This document shows positions 1 through 7,969 of a stretch of DNA of 20,000 nucleotides, in pieces. This DNA comes from an uncultured virus (IMG/VR IMGVR_UViG_3300021964_000019) (Duplodnaviria; Heunggongvirae; Uroviricota; Caudoviricetes), in IMG/VR virus record IMGVR_UViG_3300021964_000019; one strand, written 5' to 3'. Every line of letters starts with the position of its first letter. Positions within the stretch are counted from its first letter, which is position 1. The translations under genes and the position numbers were made by a program. Under the pieces are notes generated by a model, which was not told the origin of the DNA, made no database searches, and saw only the letters and a program-made list of their open reading frames with translations.

Positions 1-655
1 CTCTCATCCAACCATGAGCTCTTAAACTTTTACAATATTCTGCAAGTTTAAGATCGTCTGTTACGATCATGCCTCCTTCCATAGTCTGCATATGATGACT
101 AAAAAAGAAGGAATAAGTACCCATAGTGCCAATAGTTCCTAAATGTCTTCCTCTATATTTCGCACCTAAGCTTTCGCAGTTATCTTCTAATAGTAGAATA
201 TTGTGTCTGTGACAAATTTCTATTAGTCTAGCGTATTCACAAGAGTTACCTAACAGGTTAACAGCAAGAACAGCTTTTGTGTTTTCAGTGATATTTTTTT
301 CAATATCACTAGGATCGATGTTGAAAGTATGAGGATTTACATCAACAAATTTCATTACTAGTCCATACTGATGAACTGGAAAAAATGTAGTAGACCAACT
401 AACTGCAGGAACAATAACTTCATCTCCGGGATTTAAGTCAATATCTTCATTTAGTACTAAACTGCCAATCATTAATAAATTAGCTGAACTTCCACTATTT
501 ACCATTACAGCATGGTTTTTACCCACAGTTTTGGCAAATTGTTTTTCAAATTTTTCTACTTCTGGACCCATAGTAAATCTATTACTATTTATTACTTTTT
601 GAATCATTCCAAGCTCTTCATGATCCCAGGTTTCACACGCTAATGGATATCTCAT
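1..655 (-). CDS. colD: DegT/DnrJ/EryC1/StrS-family PLP enzyme, ColD-type GDP-4-keto-6-deoxymannose 3-dehydratase (runs off the window edge)
   Basis: Hand translation from ATG at 655: MRYPLACETWDHEE...FTMGPEVEKFE...MVNSGSSANLL...PAVSWSTT...LLEDNCESLGA...TYSFFFSHHMQTMEGGMIVTDD...SLRAHGWMR. The SHH motif has His where aminotransferases have the Schiff-base Lys, which is typical of ColD/E1 dehydratases. Confidence 0.8.
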   Translation of the reverse strand, partial: MRYPLACETWDHEELGMIQKVINSNRFTMGPEVEKFEKQFAKTVGKNHAVMVNSGSSANLLMIGSLVLNEDIDLNPGDEVIVPAVSWSTTFFPVHQYGLVMKFVDVNPHTFNIDPSDIEKNITENTKAVLAVNLLGNSCEYARLIEICHRHNILLLEDNCESLGAKYRGRHLGTIGTMGTYSFFFSHHMQTMEGGMIVTDDLKLAEYCKSLRAHGWMR

Positions 656-662
656 TTTTCCC

Positions 663-1433
663 TCATAAAGTATATATAATATTATCAAACCACTTATAGT
701 GTGGATAATAATTTCGTTTTATAAAATCTTCTTTTCCTCTAGAAAAGTATAATAAATCAATCTTTTTATTCATAGATTTAGAACAGAAAGCGTGCCAATA
801 CCCTGAATTAGGTACTATTACCATATCTGCTAGATTAGCTATGGCACACTGCACTAAATAATCATGTTCTTTTACTTCTATTTCTTTGCTTATTTCAATA
901 AAGTGAGTAATACCTTGTTTTTTAGCCCACTCTCTACCATAGTTTTCAGGAAGGCTTCTGTTAGGATCACCGCTATGAGTTTGAATAAATGCAAACTTAT
1001 TTCCGTCAGTTAATCTTTGTACTTCTTCTTTTGCAAAAGCTCTATCATCTTCACTAATCCAAACTTCTGGATCTGCATCTTCCATTGTAACTTCTAGCAT
1101 ATCATTATAGTTTTGTACTAAATAGTTGTTCGGACTATCCCATATCATTCTAACTTCATCATAACCATTTCTTTTAGCCCACTCAATGCCTTCTTGTAAA
1201 ATAGAAGGAAACCCTACTCTAGTATTTAAGTGACCAAAATCATGCCACGGATCGCTTAAAATATAAACAGACTCATCAATATAGGGGCAATTTTTCCATA
1301 GGTTTGCTTGTTCAAATCTTTTTTGCATTGCAACTGAGGCTCTATATCCTTTTTGGTTATACCAGTTTTTTAAAGCAGAAGATAATACAACTGCGTCTCC
1401 TAATCCGTGTCCAAAAACAATTAAAGTCTTCAT
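663..1433 (-). CDS. GT9 (heptosyltransferase-like) GT-B glycosyltransferase
   Basis: N-terminal GHGLGDAVV motif and C-terminal ADMVIVPNSGYWH resemble the GT9 motifs 'GxGD' and 'D/NSGxxH'. Confidence 0.6.
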   Translation of the reverse strand: MKTLIVFGHGLGDAVVLSSALKNWYNQKGYRASVAMQKRFEQANLWKNCPYIDESVYILSDPWHDFGHLNTRVGFPSILQEGIEWAKRNGYDEVRMIWDSPNNYLVQNYNDMLEVTMEDADPEVWISEDDRAFAKEEVQRLTDGNKFAFIQTHSGDPNRSLPENYGREWAKKQGITHFIEISKEIEVKEHDYLVQCAIANLADMVIVPNSGYWHAFCSKSMNKKIDLLYFSRGKEDFIKRNYYPHYKWFDNIIYTL

Positions 1434-2353
1434 TAAACTATCTCTTTTATTTTTTCTATAACTTGATTATATGTTATAGTTGTTATGTGAGGAAGATTAT
1501 ATATGTATTTACCGTTTTTATTAGGAGGTAAAAAAGCTTCCCAATTTGTATTGTGACCAGGCATCCAAGGCCCTGAAAGTACAATACCTGGATGAGAGTA
1601 TGCTGCAAGTACCCACATCGATCCACTATCTGTACCTATACTAAAATCACATCCTAAACTTCCTTTTATTTGTTCAAAAAACTCTAATTTAGTGTGATAA
1701 TGATATTTATTATCATTACTGAGTCTTGGTTCTTCTATCCACCCAAAATGATGTATTTCAAAACCTTCTGTAATTAATTTTTGTATAGTACTTTTCCACC
1801 AGTCTAAAGAAGGGGATCTACCTGTTACTCGTCCGTATGCAGCAAAAGGCCAAATAGCTATTGAATTATTTCCGATTTTATTTGACTTTTTTCTTTCTTT
1901 AGAATATCCTTCATTGTTCTCAATATTAGTAAAATCACTATCAAACCATTTATATAGTGTAGGGTATCTTTCTTCTTCTGAAAGAACCTCTTTCATATCA
2001 AATATATTTGAACATCTAGCAGTGTGTTCAATACAATCCATTTCATTAAACCAGCCATCGATTGACTTACAATTATAAACTGTTCTTTCTTTATGATCTA
2101 TTTTTCTAGTTGATACATCACAACCACTAGCTAACTTATAGTCTTCTTCGCCAAACTCATGCCATTTGTCTGTAATTTTTATTCTATCAATTAAAGGATG
2201 ATTAAAAAATAATGGAGCGCATTGAGAAATTTTTTGATGGATGCCAAAATATTTATAGCTGCCAGGATATTTTTTTTCAAAATATGTTAGTTGAGGAAGA
2301 GACATAATTAAGTCTCCTATTAATCCAAAACTAGTTCCCCAAATTTTCATCAT
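1433..2353 (-). CDS. GT9 family glycosyltransferase
   Basis: GLIGDLIMSLP, LFFNHPLIDRI and IGTDSGSMWVLAAYSHP match the GT9 pattern. Confidence 0.7.
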   Translation of the reverse strand: MMKIWGTSFGLIGDLIMSLPQLTYFEKKYPGSYKYFGIHQKISQCAPLFFNHPLIDRIKITDKWHEFGEEDYKLASGCDVSTRKIDHKERTVYNCKSIDGWFNEMDCIEHTARCSNIFDMKEVLSEEERYPTLYKWFDSDFTNIENNEGYSKERKKSNKIGNNSIAIWPFAAYGRVTGRSPSLDWWKSTIQKLITEGFEIHHFGWIEEPRLSNDNKYHYHTKLEFFEQIKGSLGCDFSIGTDSGSMWVLAAYSHPGIVLSGPWMPGHNTNWEAFLPPNKNGKYIYNLPHITTITYNQVIEKIKEIV

Positions 2354-2882
2354 ATTCTTTGTCTTCTGGCACAGTTACTCCGTCATCTATATCTTCTCCA
2401 ATATTTTGAAGATCAAAAGCAATTATTATCCTTCTTTTATTTTTATATTCTGGAGATGCGTGTTGTAACTTACTATTAAATAAAATAATACTATTATCTT
2501 TAGTGGTAAATTTCTGAGCTTTATCATCAATTTTAAAATAAGTACCGTCTTCATCACATTTATCTAAATAGTAAATAGCGCTTACTTTTGCATCTTCGTG
2601 AATGTGCCAACCTTCTTCTCCTAAAAATGTTGAACCTTTATCTGTAATATTAAACCAACACTTAATAATTTTTAGATTGTCATCATATGCTTTAGATGCA
2701 ATAGACTCTACTTTTGATATTAAATAATTGAACTCTTTATTATCTTTATATTTAATATGCATATCTACCATTGATTGATATAGAGGTATTTCTGTATCGC
2801 AAGCTTCTTCTATTTCTTTATTTGCTAACTTAATTAAATCTTTTAGTACTTTTTCAGATAAAAAACCATTAATAATTTTCAT
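2331..2882 (-). CDS. Putative 2OG-Fe(II) oxygenase (phage HxH type)
   Basis: WFNI...WHIH...SAIYY...ILFNSKLQH...RIIIAFD double-stranded beta-helix motifs. Start moved to ATG 2882, which has AAGGA upstream. Confidence 0.7.
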   Translation of the reverse strand: MKIINGFLSEKVLKDLIKLANKEIEEACDTEIPLYQSMVDMHIKYKDNKEFNYLISKVESIASKAYDDNLKIIKCWFNITDKGSTFLGEEGWHIHEDAKVSAIYYLDKCDEDGTYFKIDDKAQKFTTKDNSIILFNSKLQHASPEYKNKRRIIIAFDLQNIGEDIDDGVTVPEDKEYDENLGN

Positions 2883-2912
2883 GTTTTTCCTTACTTTAAA
2901 ATATGTAAACAT

Positions 2913-3761
2913 CTATGCACTCACTGTTTCTACTATTCTTTTCGCCCAATTATCAGTAGAGTATTTTTGTACTGTCTGTTTTCCGTGATTTGCTATTTCA
3001 AGTCTTTCTTTAGGGTTCTTTAAGAAATATTTTATCTTATCATCTAAATCTTGTATTGAGTTAAAAGTTACAAAATCTTTTTCAACTTCCCAGTCGTTTT
3101 CCATCAGTTCCCAAGACTCTGATAAGAAAAACTGACCGCATGCAAGCACTTTATATACTCTGTCCGAGGTTCCTTCTTTGTTAGTTGTAAAGCCTAAGTT
3201 TACTCTGCTTTTATTTACGATTTTTGTATATTCTACTCCATAAGAATCATTAAAGTTTTTAAAGTTTAATGAAGCATGGTAGTCTCTTCTATGATCTTTT
3301 AAATAACCTACAAATGTTGCATCATATGATTTTTCAAATTTCATAGGTCTGTGAATATTGGGATCAAAACCTTCTTGAAGATAAAAACTATTTTTATTTT
3401 TGTCTCTGAATAAGTTTGCTAGTTTTTCATAAGCAGAGAATATATAATCACTGTGCTGAACTTTTTCCATCCATTCATTGTCTGCATTTACTAAAGGGTC
3501 CATATACCAACAAGCTACTTTACAATGCTCTTTTGCCTTTTTAATAACTTCTACGTTTATAGTATTGCCTTTACTAATTAGCAATAAATCCGGGTTTTCT
3601 TCTTTTACTATTTTTAAAATAGCCTGATCACGTTGTTCTAAAGTATAAGAACCAATGTCTCTCATGTCAAAAGTAATTAAATCACTAATTTTATCTAAAG
3701 AATCAGCTTGTCCTATATTTGTAGAGTGATTAGTAAAAACTCCTACATAAAGTATCTTCAT
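2913..3761 (-). CDS. CgeB-like GT-B glycosyltransferase (Glyco_trans_1_2-like)
   Basis: WYMDP, GFDPNIHRP, YDATFVG, SDRVYKVLACGQFFLS and DKIKYFLKNPKERLEIANHG motifs. Confidence 0.8.
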   Translation of the reverse strand: MKILYVGVFTNHSTNIGQADSLDKISDLITFDMRDIGSYTLEQRDQAILKIVKEENPDLLLISKGNTINVEVIKKAKEHCKVACWYMDPLVNADNEWMEKVQHSDYIFSAYEKLANLFRDKNKNSFYLQEGFDPNIHRPMKFEKSYDATFVGYLKDHRRDYHASLNFKNFNDSYGVEYTKIVNKSRVNLGFTTNKEGTSDRVYKVLACGQFFLSESWELMENDWEVEKDFVTFNSIQDLDDKIKYFLKNPKERLEIANHGKQTVQKYSTDNWAKRIVETVSA

Positions 3762-4627
3762 AGCATTTTCTCAATTTTACTTATCACTAAATCAACACTT
3801 GGATTCCATCCTTCTTCGTACACTATCTCTCTAGGCGTATTAAAAGGGTTCCAGTCTGTTTTATACCTGTTTATGTTATTTTCATTTGTTATAACAACTA
3901 AGGGAGTATTGCAAAGAGAGGCTAAATGAGCAGGACCGCTACAGGTTGAAATTAAAAATTTACACTGATTTAAATATGAGATATCTTCAGATAAATCAAT
4001 TCCTCTTATATCGTCACAATGTTTAGGCGCATAAGCTCCTGTTTTACTTCCAGTAGCGGCTAATCTATAACCTTTATTTGAAAGATATTCTGTAACTTTG
4101 TCCCACTTATCTTTTGACCAGTTTTTACTTCCTGTGTCGTGATGAAAACTTTCTCTAGCGTGTATTAGAATATCATAAGGAGAGTTTAAAATAGAGTTAC
4201 TAGTATACTTAATAAATTTTTGATGATTTAAAAAATCTGATAAGCGAGGTTCCCTACCTTCTCCATCTGCGTGATAATCTACTAAAAAAGTCTGAGTTGG
4301 AATCCATAAACAGTTTTTTAGATTTAATTTGTTTATAACTTTTTTATGAAAATTATCATAGCGGTAATCTATACAAAGTGCTCCTGTTGTATTTTTACCT
4401 GGACAATCATATTCAATATATGAATCGCAGAAATCCTGGTATAAAAAACTTCTACCCGTTCTGCTAATTATGTGAAATGATTTTAGATGAGGGTTATCTT
4501 CTTTTAATTTTCTTAAATAACCCTGACAGCTAAATAACTCCCATCCAAACTCTCCTACCCAAGGACCATACAGAACATGATCAGCTTGTTTAGCGTTTGC
4601 TCTAACTTCTTCATAATTAATATGCAT
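3758..4627 (-). CDS. GT9-like glycosyltransferase
   Basis: KNWSKDKW, DIRGIDLSE and STCSGPAHLASLCNTP motifs in the C-terminal half; N-terminal GEFGWE. ATG at 4627. Confidence 0.65.
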   Translation of the reverse strand: MHINYEEVRANAKQADHVLYGPWVGEFGWELFSCQGYLRKLKEDNPHLKSFHIISRTGRSFLYQDFCDSYIEYDCPGKNTTGALCIDYRYDNFHKKVINKLNLKNCLWIPTQTFLVDYHADGEGREPRLSDFLNHQKFIKYTSNSILNSPYDILIHARESFHHDTGSKNWSKDKWDKVTEYLSNKGYRLAATGSKTGAYAPKHCDDIRGIDLSEDISYLNQCKFLISTCSGPAHLASLCNTPLVVITNENNINRYKTDWNPFNTPREIVYEEGWNPSVDLVISKIEKML

Positions 4628-5318
4628 CAACACTATTCCATAAAGAATCCCAATCTACAATAGGACTCATGTGGTGTGGAGTTAGGTGAGAGGAAGTTCC
4701 TGGTACAGGGGAAATACATGAGTGTTTTTCAAACATTTTTATAGTAGGATTATGAGGAGCGTGTTCCATAATAATATCCCATGAGTCAAGCCATGTTTTT
4801 GTTTTAGCTGCAAAAGTATAAGTGCCTGAAGGATTTGTTCTCCAATGTCTATCAGACCCTACCATAAGATAACAAGGATTTCTATCCATTGTATATCTAT
4901 CTGGATAATCATATGTAGTTACAAAATGTTCCCATTTTTTAAATATTTCTTTCATAGACGAAATTGCGTCTGGTGTGTGAAGGTAATCATCTTCAACAAT
5001 GTAGTGTATATCATCAGGATTACTAGATTGTAGTTGGGTTTTTAGAAACTCTAACATTTTAAAAGTGTGAAGTCTATCTTGTATTTCATGCTTTGGTACT
5101 TCTAAAAAAGTTGTGTTGTCATATGAGTACTTTTCAATAAAACTCAGTGTATCTTCTGATACTTCATCATGAAGTATAAAAACTTCATCATTTGCATCTA
5201 TACCGTCATATATAGATTTCCAACATTTTTTAATCATTACGTTTTTGGGAATCTCTGACCATCTTTGAACCCCACTAACACTTTGTTGTTTTTCACAACA
5301 ACGAAAATAAATTTTCAT
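4617..5318 (-). CDS. GT-A fold (GT2-like) glycosyltransferase
   Basis: YIVEDDYLH DxD-like motif, FILHD and a C-terminal SSH; lies within the glycan cluster. Confidence 0.6.
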   Translation of the reverse strand: MKIYFRCCEKQQSVSGVQRWSEIPKNVMIKKCWKSIYDGIDANDEVFILHDEVSEDTLSFIEKYSYDNTTFLEVPKHEIQDRLHTFKMLEFLKTQLQSSNPDDIHYIVEDDYLHTPDAISSMKEIFKKWEHFVTTYDYPDRYTMDRNPCYLMVGSDRHWRTNPSGTYTFAAKTKTWLDSWDIIMEHAPHNPTIKMFEKHSCISPVPGTSSHLTPHHMSPIVDWDSLWNSVDAY

Positions 5319-6036
5319 GAATTACTACTCCTACTCCACAGCTACCATAAAACCCTATGTGTTTATATTCTTTTTCTGAATACTCATCTTCGAAAGCTTT
5401 TCTTTCATAAAACTGTTTAATCCATTCTTTTCTAGAAACATATTTTAATTCTTCGTCATCTGCGTTTACAGAAAAAGACCATTCATGATATATAATAGTA
5501 GTTTTTGGATATTTTTGTTTAATTTCTTTTGCTAAAGCAGTACAAAAAGGTTCTCGGTGATCAGCATCTACAAAAATTAAATCATAATTTTCTTCAGACT
5601 CTTTTATAAACTCTATTGCATCGCCTTTATAAAAAGAAATAGAATCGTTTTCTAAATAATTTTTATAACGAGAACATATTCTGTGAGGAACTTTAATATC
5701 TATTCCGTCAAATTGGGTAGTATTGGGTAAAGCTTCTCTAATTAAACTACCGCTTACTCCTTGTGCTACTCCTATTTCTAAAACCTTTGTAGGTTTTATT
5801 TTTTTAAGCAAAGTATATATTACTCTAGCTTCTGTATAATCTAGTGTACCAGATCCTGCCCATTGCCCGCCATAATCTGCGTGTGCTTCAATAGACTGTT
5901 CTAAAAACCATTCATCCCAGATTTGATTAAATTCTTCTGTTTCTTTTTCCCATCCAGAATTAAATACAGAGTTTAATTGTTTAATATATTCTATATTAGT
6001 TTCTGCATAGTCTTTTGTTGCTTTTTGTTCTATCAT
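5293..6036 (-). CDS. Class I SAM-dependent methyltransferase (Methyltransf_24-like)
   Basis: VLEIGVAQGVS, DGIDI, GDA and YDLIFVDADH motifs; SD GGAG upstream. Confidence 0.8.
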   Translation of the reverse strand: MIEQKATKDYAETNIEYIKQLNSVFNSGWEKETEEFNQIWDEWFLEQSIEAHADYGGQWAGSGTLDYTEARVIYTLLKKIKPTKVLEIGVAQGVSGSLIREALPNTTQFDGIDIKVPHRICSRYKNYLENDSISFYKGDAIEFIKESEENYDLIFVDADHREPFCTALAKEIKQKYPKTTIIYHEWSFSVNADDEELKYVSRKEWIKQFYERKAFEDEYSEKEYKHIGFYGSCGVGVVIHENLFSLL

Positions 6037-6058
6037 TTATTACTCCATATATAATAGT

Positions 6059-6086
6059 ATTATACACGTTTCTAAAAAATTTTCAA
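6059..6086 (-). promoter_or_regulatory. Sigma70-type promoter for the glycan cluster
   Basis: Minus strand reads TTGAAA-16 nt-TATAAT, about 22 nt upstream of ATG 6036. Confidence 0.55.
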
Positions 6087-6117
6087 GTGCTAGTTTGGTG
6101 GGTAAACTATAGAAATT

Positions 6118-6145
6118 AAAAAAAGGGAGGTTAAACCTCCCTTTT
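6118..6145 (-). terminator. Rho-independent terminator (possibly bidirectional)
   Basis: A7-GGGAGGT-TAA-ACCTCCC-T4 just downstream of the 6168 ORF. Confidence 0.8.
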
Positions 6146-6167
6146 ATCTGCTTTGATTATTAACAAA

Positions 6168-6521
6168 TTAAAATTTAATTTTGCCGCCTACAACGGTTTC
6201 TGTATGTTTAAACTCATTATTAAAATCATTTTCTACATAAAGAACCACGTTAGGACCTAATGATTGTTCTACATCAAATTCATATTTACTAACACTAAAA
6301 GCGCCTTGATCGGCTGCAGTATCTGCAAAAGTAGTGCCTACTCTAAGAGATCCGATAGCAACAGAAGAATAAACTGAATTAACTTCTGCTTCTAGTTCTC
6401 TTTCTGCACCAACAGTTACTTCAACTTCTGGAAACACTACTTCAGGCAAGCCCATTCCTTCAGCTAATGCAGCACTTGAAACTAGGCTAAGTGCAAAGCC
6501 TGAAATTAAATATTTTTTCAT
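6168..6521 (-). CDS. Exported beta-strand protein with an outer-membrane-protein-like C-terminal Phe
   Basis: Signal peptide MKKYLISGFALSLVSSAALA, alternating amphipathic strands, and the ending VVGGKIKF. SD AAAGGT precedes ATG 6521. Confidence 0.55.
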   Translation of the reverse strand: MKKYLISGFALSLVSSAALAEGMGLPEVVFPEVEVTVGAERELEAEVNSVYSSVAIGSLRVGTTFADTAADQGAFSVSKYEFDVEQSLGPNVVLYVENDFNNEFKHTETVVGGKIKF

Positions 6522-6536
6522 TGTTATACCTTTCAT

Positions 6537-6563
6537 AAAAATACGCCCAACTTTTGTTGGACG
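6537..6563 (-). terminator. Rho-independent terminator downstream of tmRNA
   Basis: Minus strand CGTCCAAC-AAAA-GTTGGGCG followed by TATTTTT. Confidence 0.65.
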
Positions 6564-6574
6564 AATAAGTTAAC

Positions 6575-6917
6575 TTTGGGGAGAGCGGTCCGTTCTGTTG
6601 CTAGGTGGAACCATACCCCGTGAGATTATGCCGCTAGGCGGTAATCCTCGATTGCGAAATTATCATTTGCAATTGTTTGTTTTCTTGCGGTTAAGGTCGC
6701 TTGCGCACCTGCTTCTCGATTTAGTTTTTACTACGTCTGTCGATCCTATTTCGCCCCCATCATAACTACACCGGTCTTTAATGATGCTACCCAGCACCCT
6801 TATCGGTCTTCTTTAATAGTCTTATGCCGGCCACAACGCCGGTGTAGTTATGGTGGAGGCGGCGGGTACTGCCCCCGCGTCCAGTCCGTCTATTCTACCT
6901 CTTCTCAAACGAAGCAA
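6575..6917 (-). ncRNA. ssrA: Circularly permuted (two-piece) tmRNA, alphaproteobacterial type; tag ANDNFAIEDYRLAA
   Basis: The acceptor piece (about 6917-6851) ends GACGCGGGGGCAGTACCCGCCGCCTCCACCA. A 92-nt intervening segment spans 6850-6759. The coding piece starts GGGGGCGAAATAGGATCGAC at 6758. The acceptor stem GGGGGCG/CGCCTCC has G3.U. The tag ORF at 6670-6626 is GCA AAT GAT AAT ... CTA GCG GCA TAA. The downstream CACCTAGCAACAGAA resembles alphaproteobacterial tmRNAs. Outer ends are approximate. Confidence 0.93.
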
Positions 6918-7340
6918 TTAGTCTTCAGAAGACTCTATTTCCATTAAAGGAGGAGCTTCATCTAATTCTACATTTTTAATTCTTAGCTCAATAGTTTCTT
7001 CTGCTATAATTTCAACTTTTACATTCTTAGGAACAGTTTTTTGAATAAATTTCCATCTTTCTGTAACTTCGTCTAAATCCGACCATTTCTGAGTTATAAC
7101 TGTGCCGATGCCTACATCTTCTACTAAAAACCCTTCTTCTTCTGTATCTAGATTAGTAAATTTAATCATATACTCTATGACATTATTAGCCTTATCATGA
7201 ATTACATTTTTTTCATCAATTAGATTAATATGTTCTTCTTGTTGTTCTTTCATCTGTTCTCTAATTTCTTTTAAGTCTAGTATTTCTGTTTCTACTAAAA
7301 CATAGTCTTTATGTATAGATATTTTTAAATCATCTGACAC
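6918..7340 (-). CDS. Hypothetical acidic protein
   Basis: 140-aa ORF with GTG start, packed between rpsU and ssrA; no family recognised. Confidence 0.6.
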   Translation of the reverse strand: MSDDLKISIHKDYVLVETEILDLKEIREQMKEQQEEHINLIDEKNVIHDKANNVIEYMIKFTNLDTEEEGFLVEDVGIGTVITQKWSDLDEVTERWKFIQKTVPKNVKVEIIAEETIELRIKNVELDEAPPLMEIESSED

Positions 7341-7344
7341 AAGA

Positions 7345-7536
7345 CTAATCTTCTTGTTTACGCTCTAATTTACGCAACCTAGCAACAGCTTCTTTATGTT
7401 TTAGTCTTTTCTTTTCACCTTTAGTGATATGAAATCTTTTTTCTTTTAGTTTCTTAAAAATACCTTCGTTATTTAATTTTCTACTTAATATTTTATAAGC
7501 TTTTCCAACATCATTATTTCTTACTTTTACATACAT
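7345..7536 (-). CDS. rpsU: 30S ribosomal protein bS21
   Basis: MYVKVRNNDVGKAYKILSRKLNNEGIFKKLKEKRFHITKGEKKRLKHKEAVAR follows the bS21 pattern (V.V.....A...L.RK...EG.....K.....K..EK.R....A..R). Confidence 0.88.
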   Translation of the reverse strand: MYVKVRNNDVGKAYKILSRKLNNEGIFKKLKEKRFHITKGEKKRLKHKEAVARLRKLERKQED

Positions 7537-7787
7537 TATAATCTCAATTTTTCTAATGATTCTTTTATTGTTAGTTTAGACTCCAACTTTCTATGTAGAG
7601 TATCATTTTTATATAGGAGTATGCAAGGAAAATTTGTAATATTTAACTCAGCAACTTTAGAAGACTGATAGTTATATATCTCTGACTGTGTAATAGAGGA
7701 ATGACGCTTTTTAATTTCAGTAAAAAGCTGCTCTATGTAGTCTAGATTATGTGAATTTTTATAGAATCCAACTAGTTTATAAATCAT
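7536..7787 (-). CDS. Thioredoxin-fold-like small protein without CxxC
   Basis: VAELNITNFPCILLYKND resembles the thioredoxin cis-Pro region (I..VPTLLLFKNG). ATG at 7787. Confidence 0.45.
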   Translation of the reverse strand: MIYKLVGFYKNSHNLDYIEQLFTEIKKRHSSITQSEIYNYQSSKVAELNITNFPCILLYKNDTLHRKLESKLTIKESLEKLRL

Positions 7788-7872
7788 ATTCAATCTTGCC
7801 TATAAGATAAGTTTTTGTTATTATATATTTAATGAGTTTACTAACTGCGTTTTTTACCCAACTAGTAAATTC

Positions 7873-7901
7873 ATTATATATCACATAAAAAAATATGTCA
7901 A
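7873..7901 (-). promoter_or_regulatory. Consensus sigma70 promoter driving the trx-like/rpsU/ssrA operon
   Basis: Minus strand TTGACA (7901-7896), 17-nt spacer, TATAAT (7878-7873): a perfect consensus. Confidence 0.85.
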
Positions 7902-7940
7902 TAACTTTCTTAATAACAACCTTAAAATGCTTATTTTTAT

Positions 7941-7969
7941 TTGCTTAGAGGTTGTTATTATAATATAAT
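7941..7969 (+). promoter_or_regulatory. Sigma70-type promoter for the rightward block
   Basis: TTGCTT (7941-7946), 17-nt spacer, TATAAT (7964-7969), 11 nt before ATG 7981. Confidence 0.65.

Noticed and set aside
1304..5033. Plus-strand ORFs 1304-1531, 3708-3929 and 4845-5033
   Set aside because: They are antisense shadows of well-supported minus-strand genes, with no recognisable motifs.
6759..6850. Twister-like ribozyme or intron in the tmRNA intervening segment
   Set aside because: TAA..GCCGG is only superficially similar. The twister pseudoknot pairings and group I core elements are absent, and a simple stem explains the sequence.
6851..6885. Stand-alone tRNA gene (T-arm plus CCA)
   Set aside because: There is no anticodon or D arm upstream. 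The partner acceptor strand lies downstream at 6758, so this is the acceptor piece of the permuted tmRNA.
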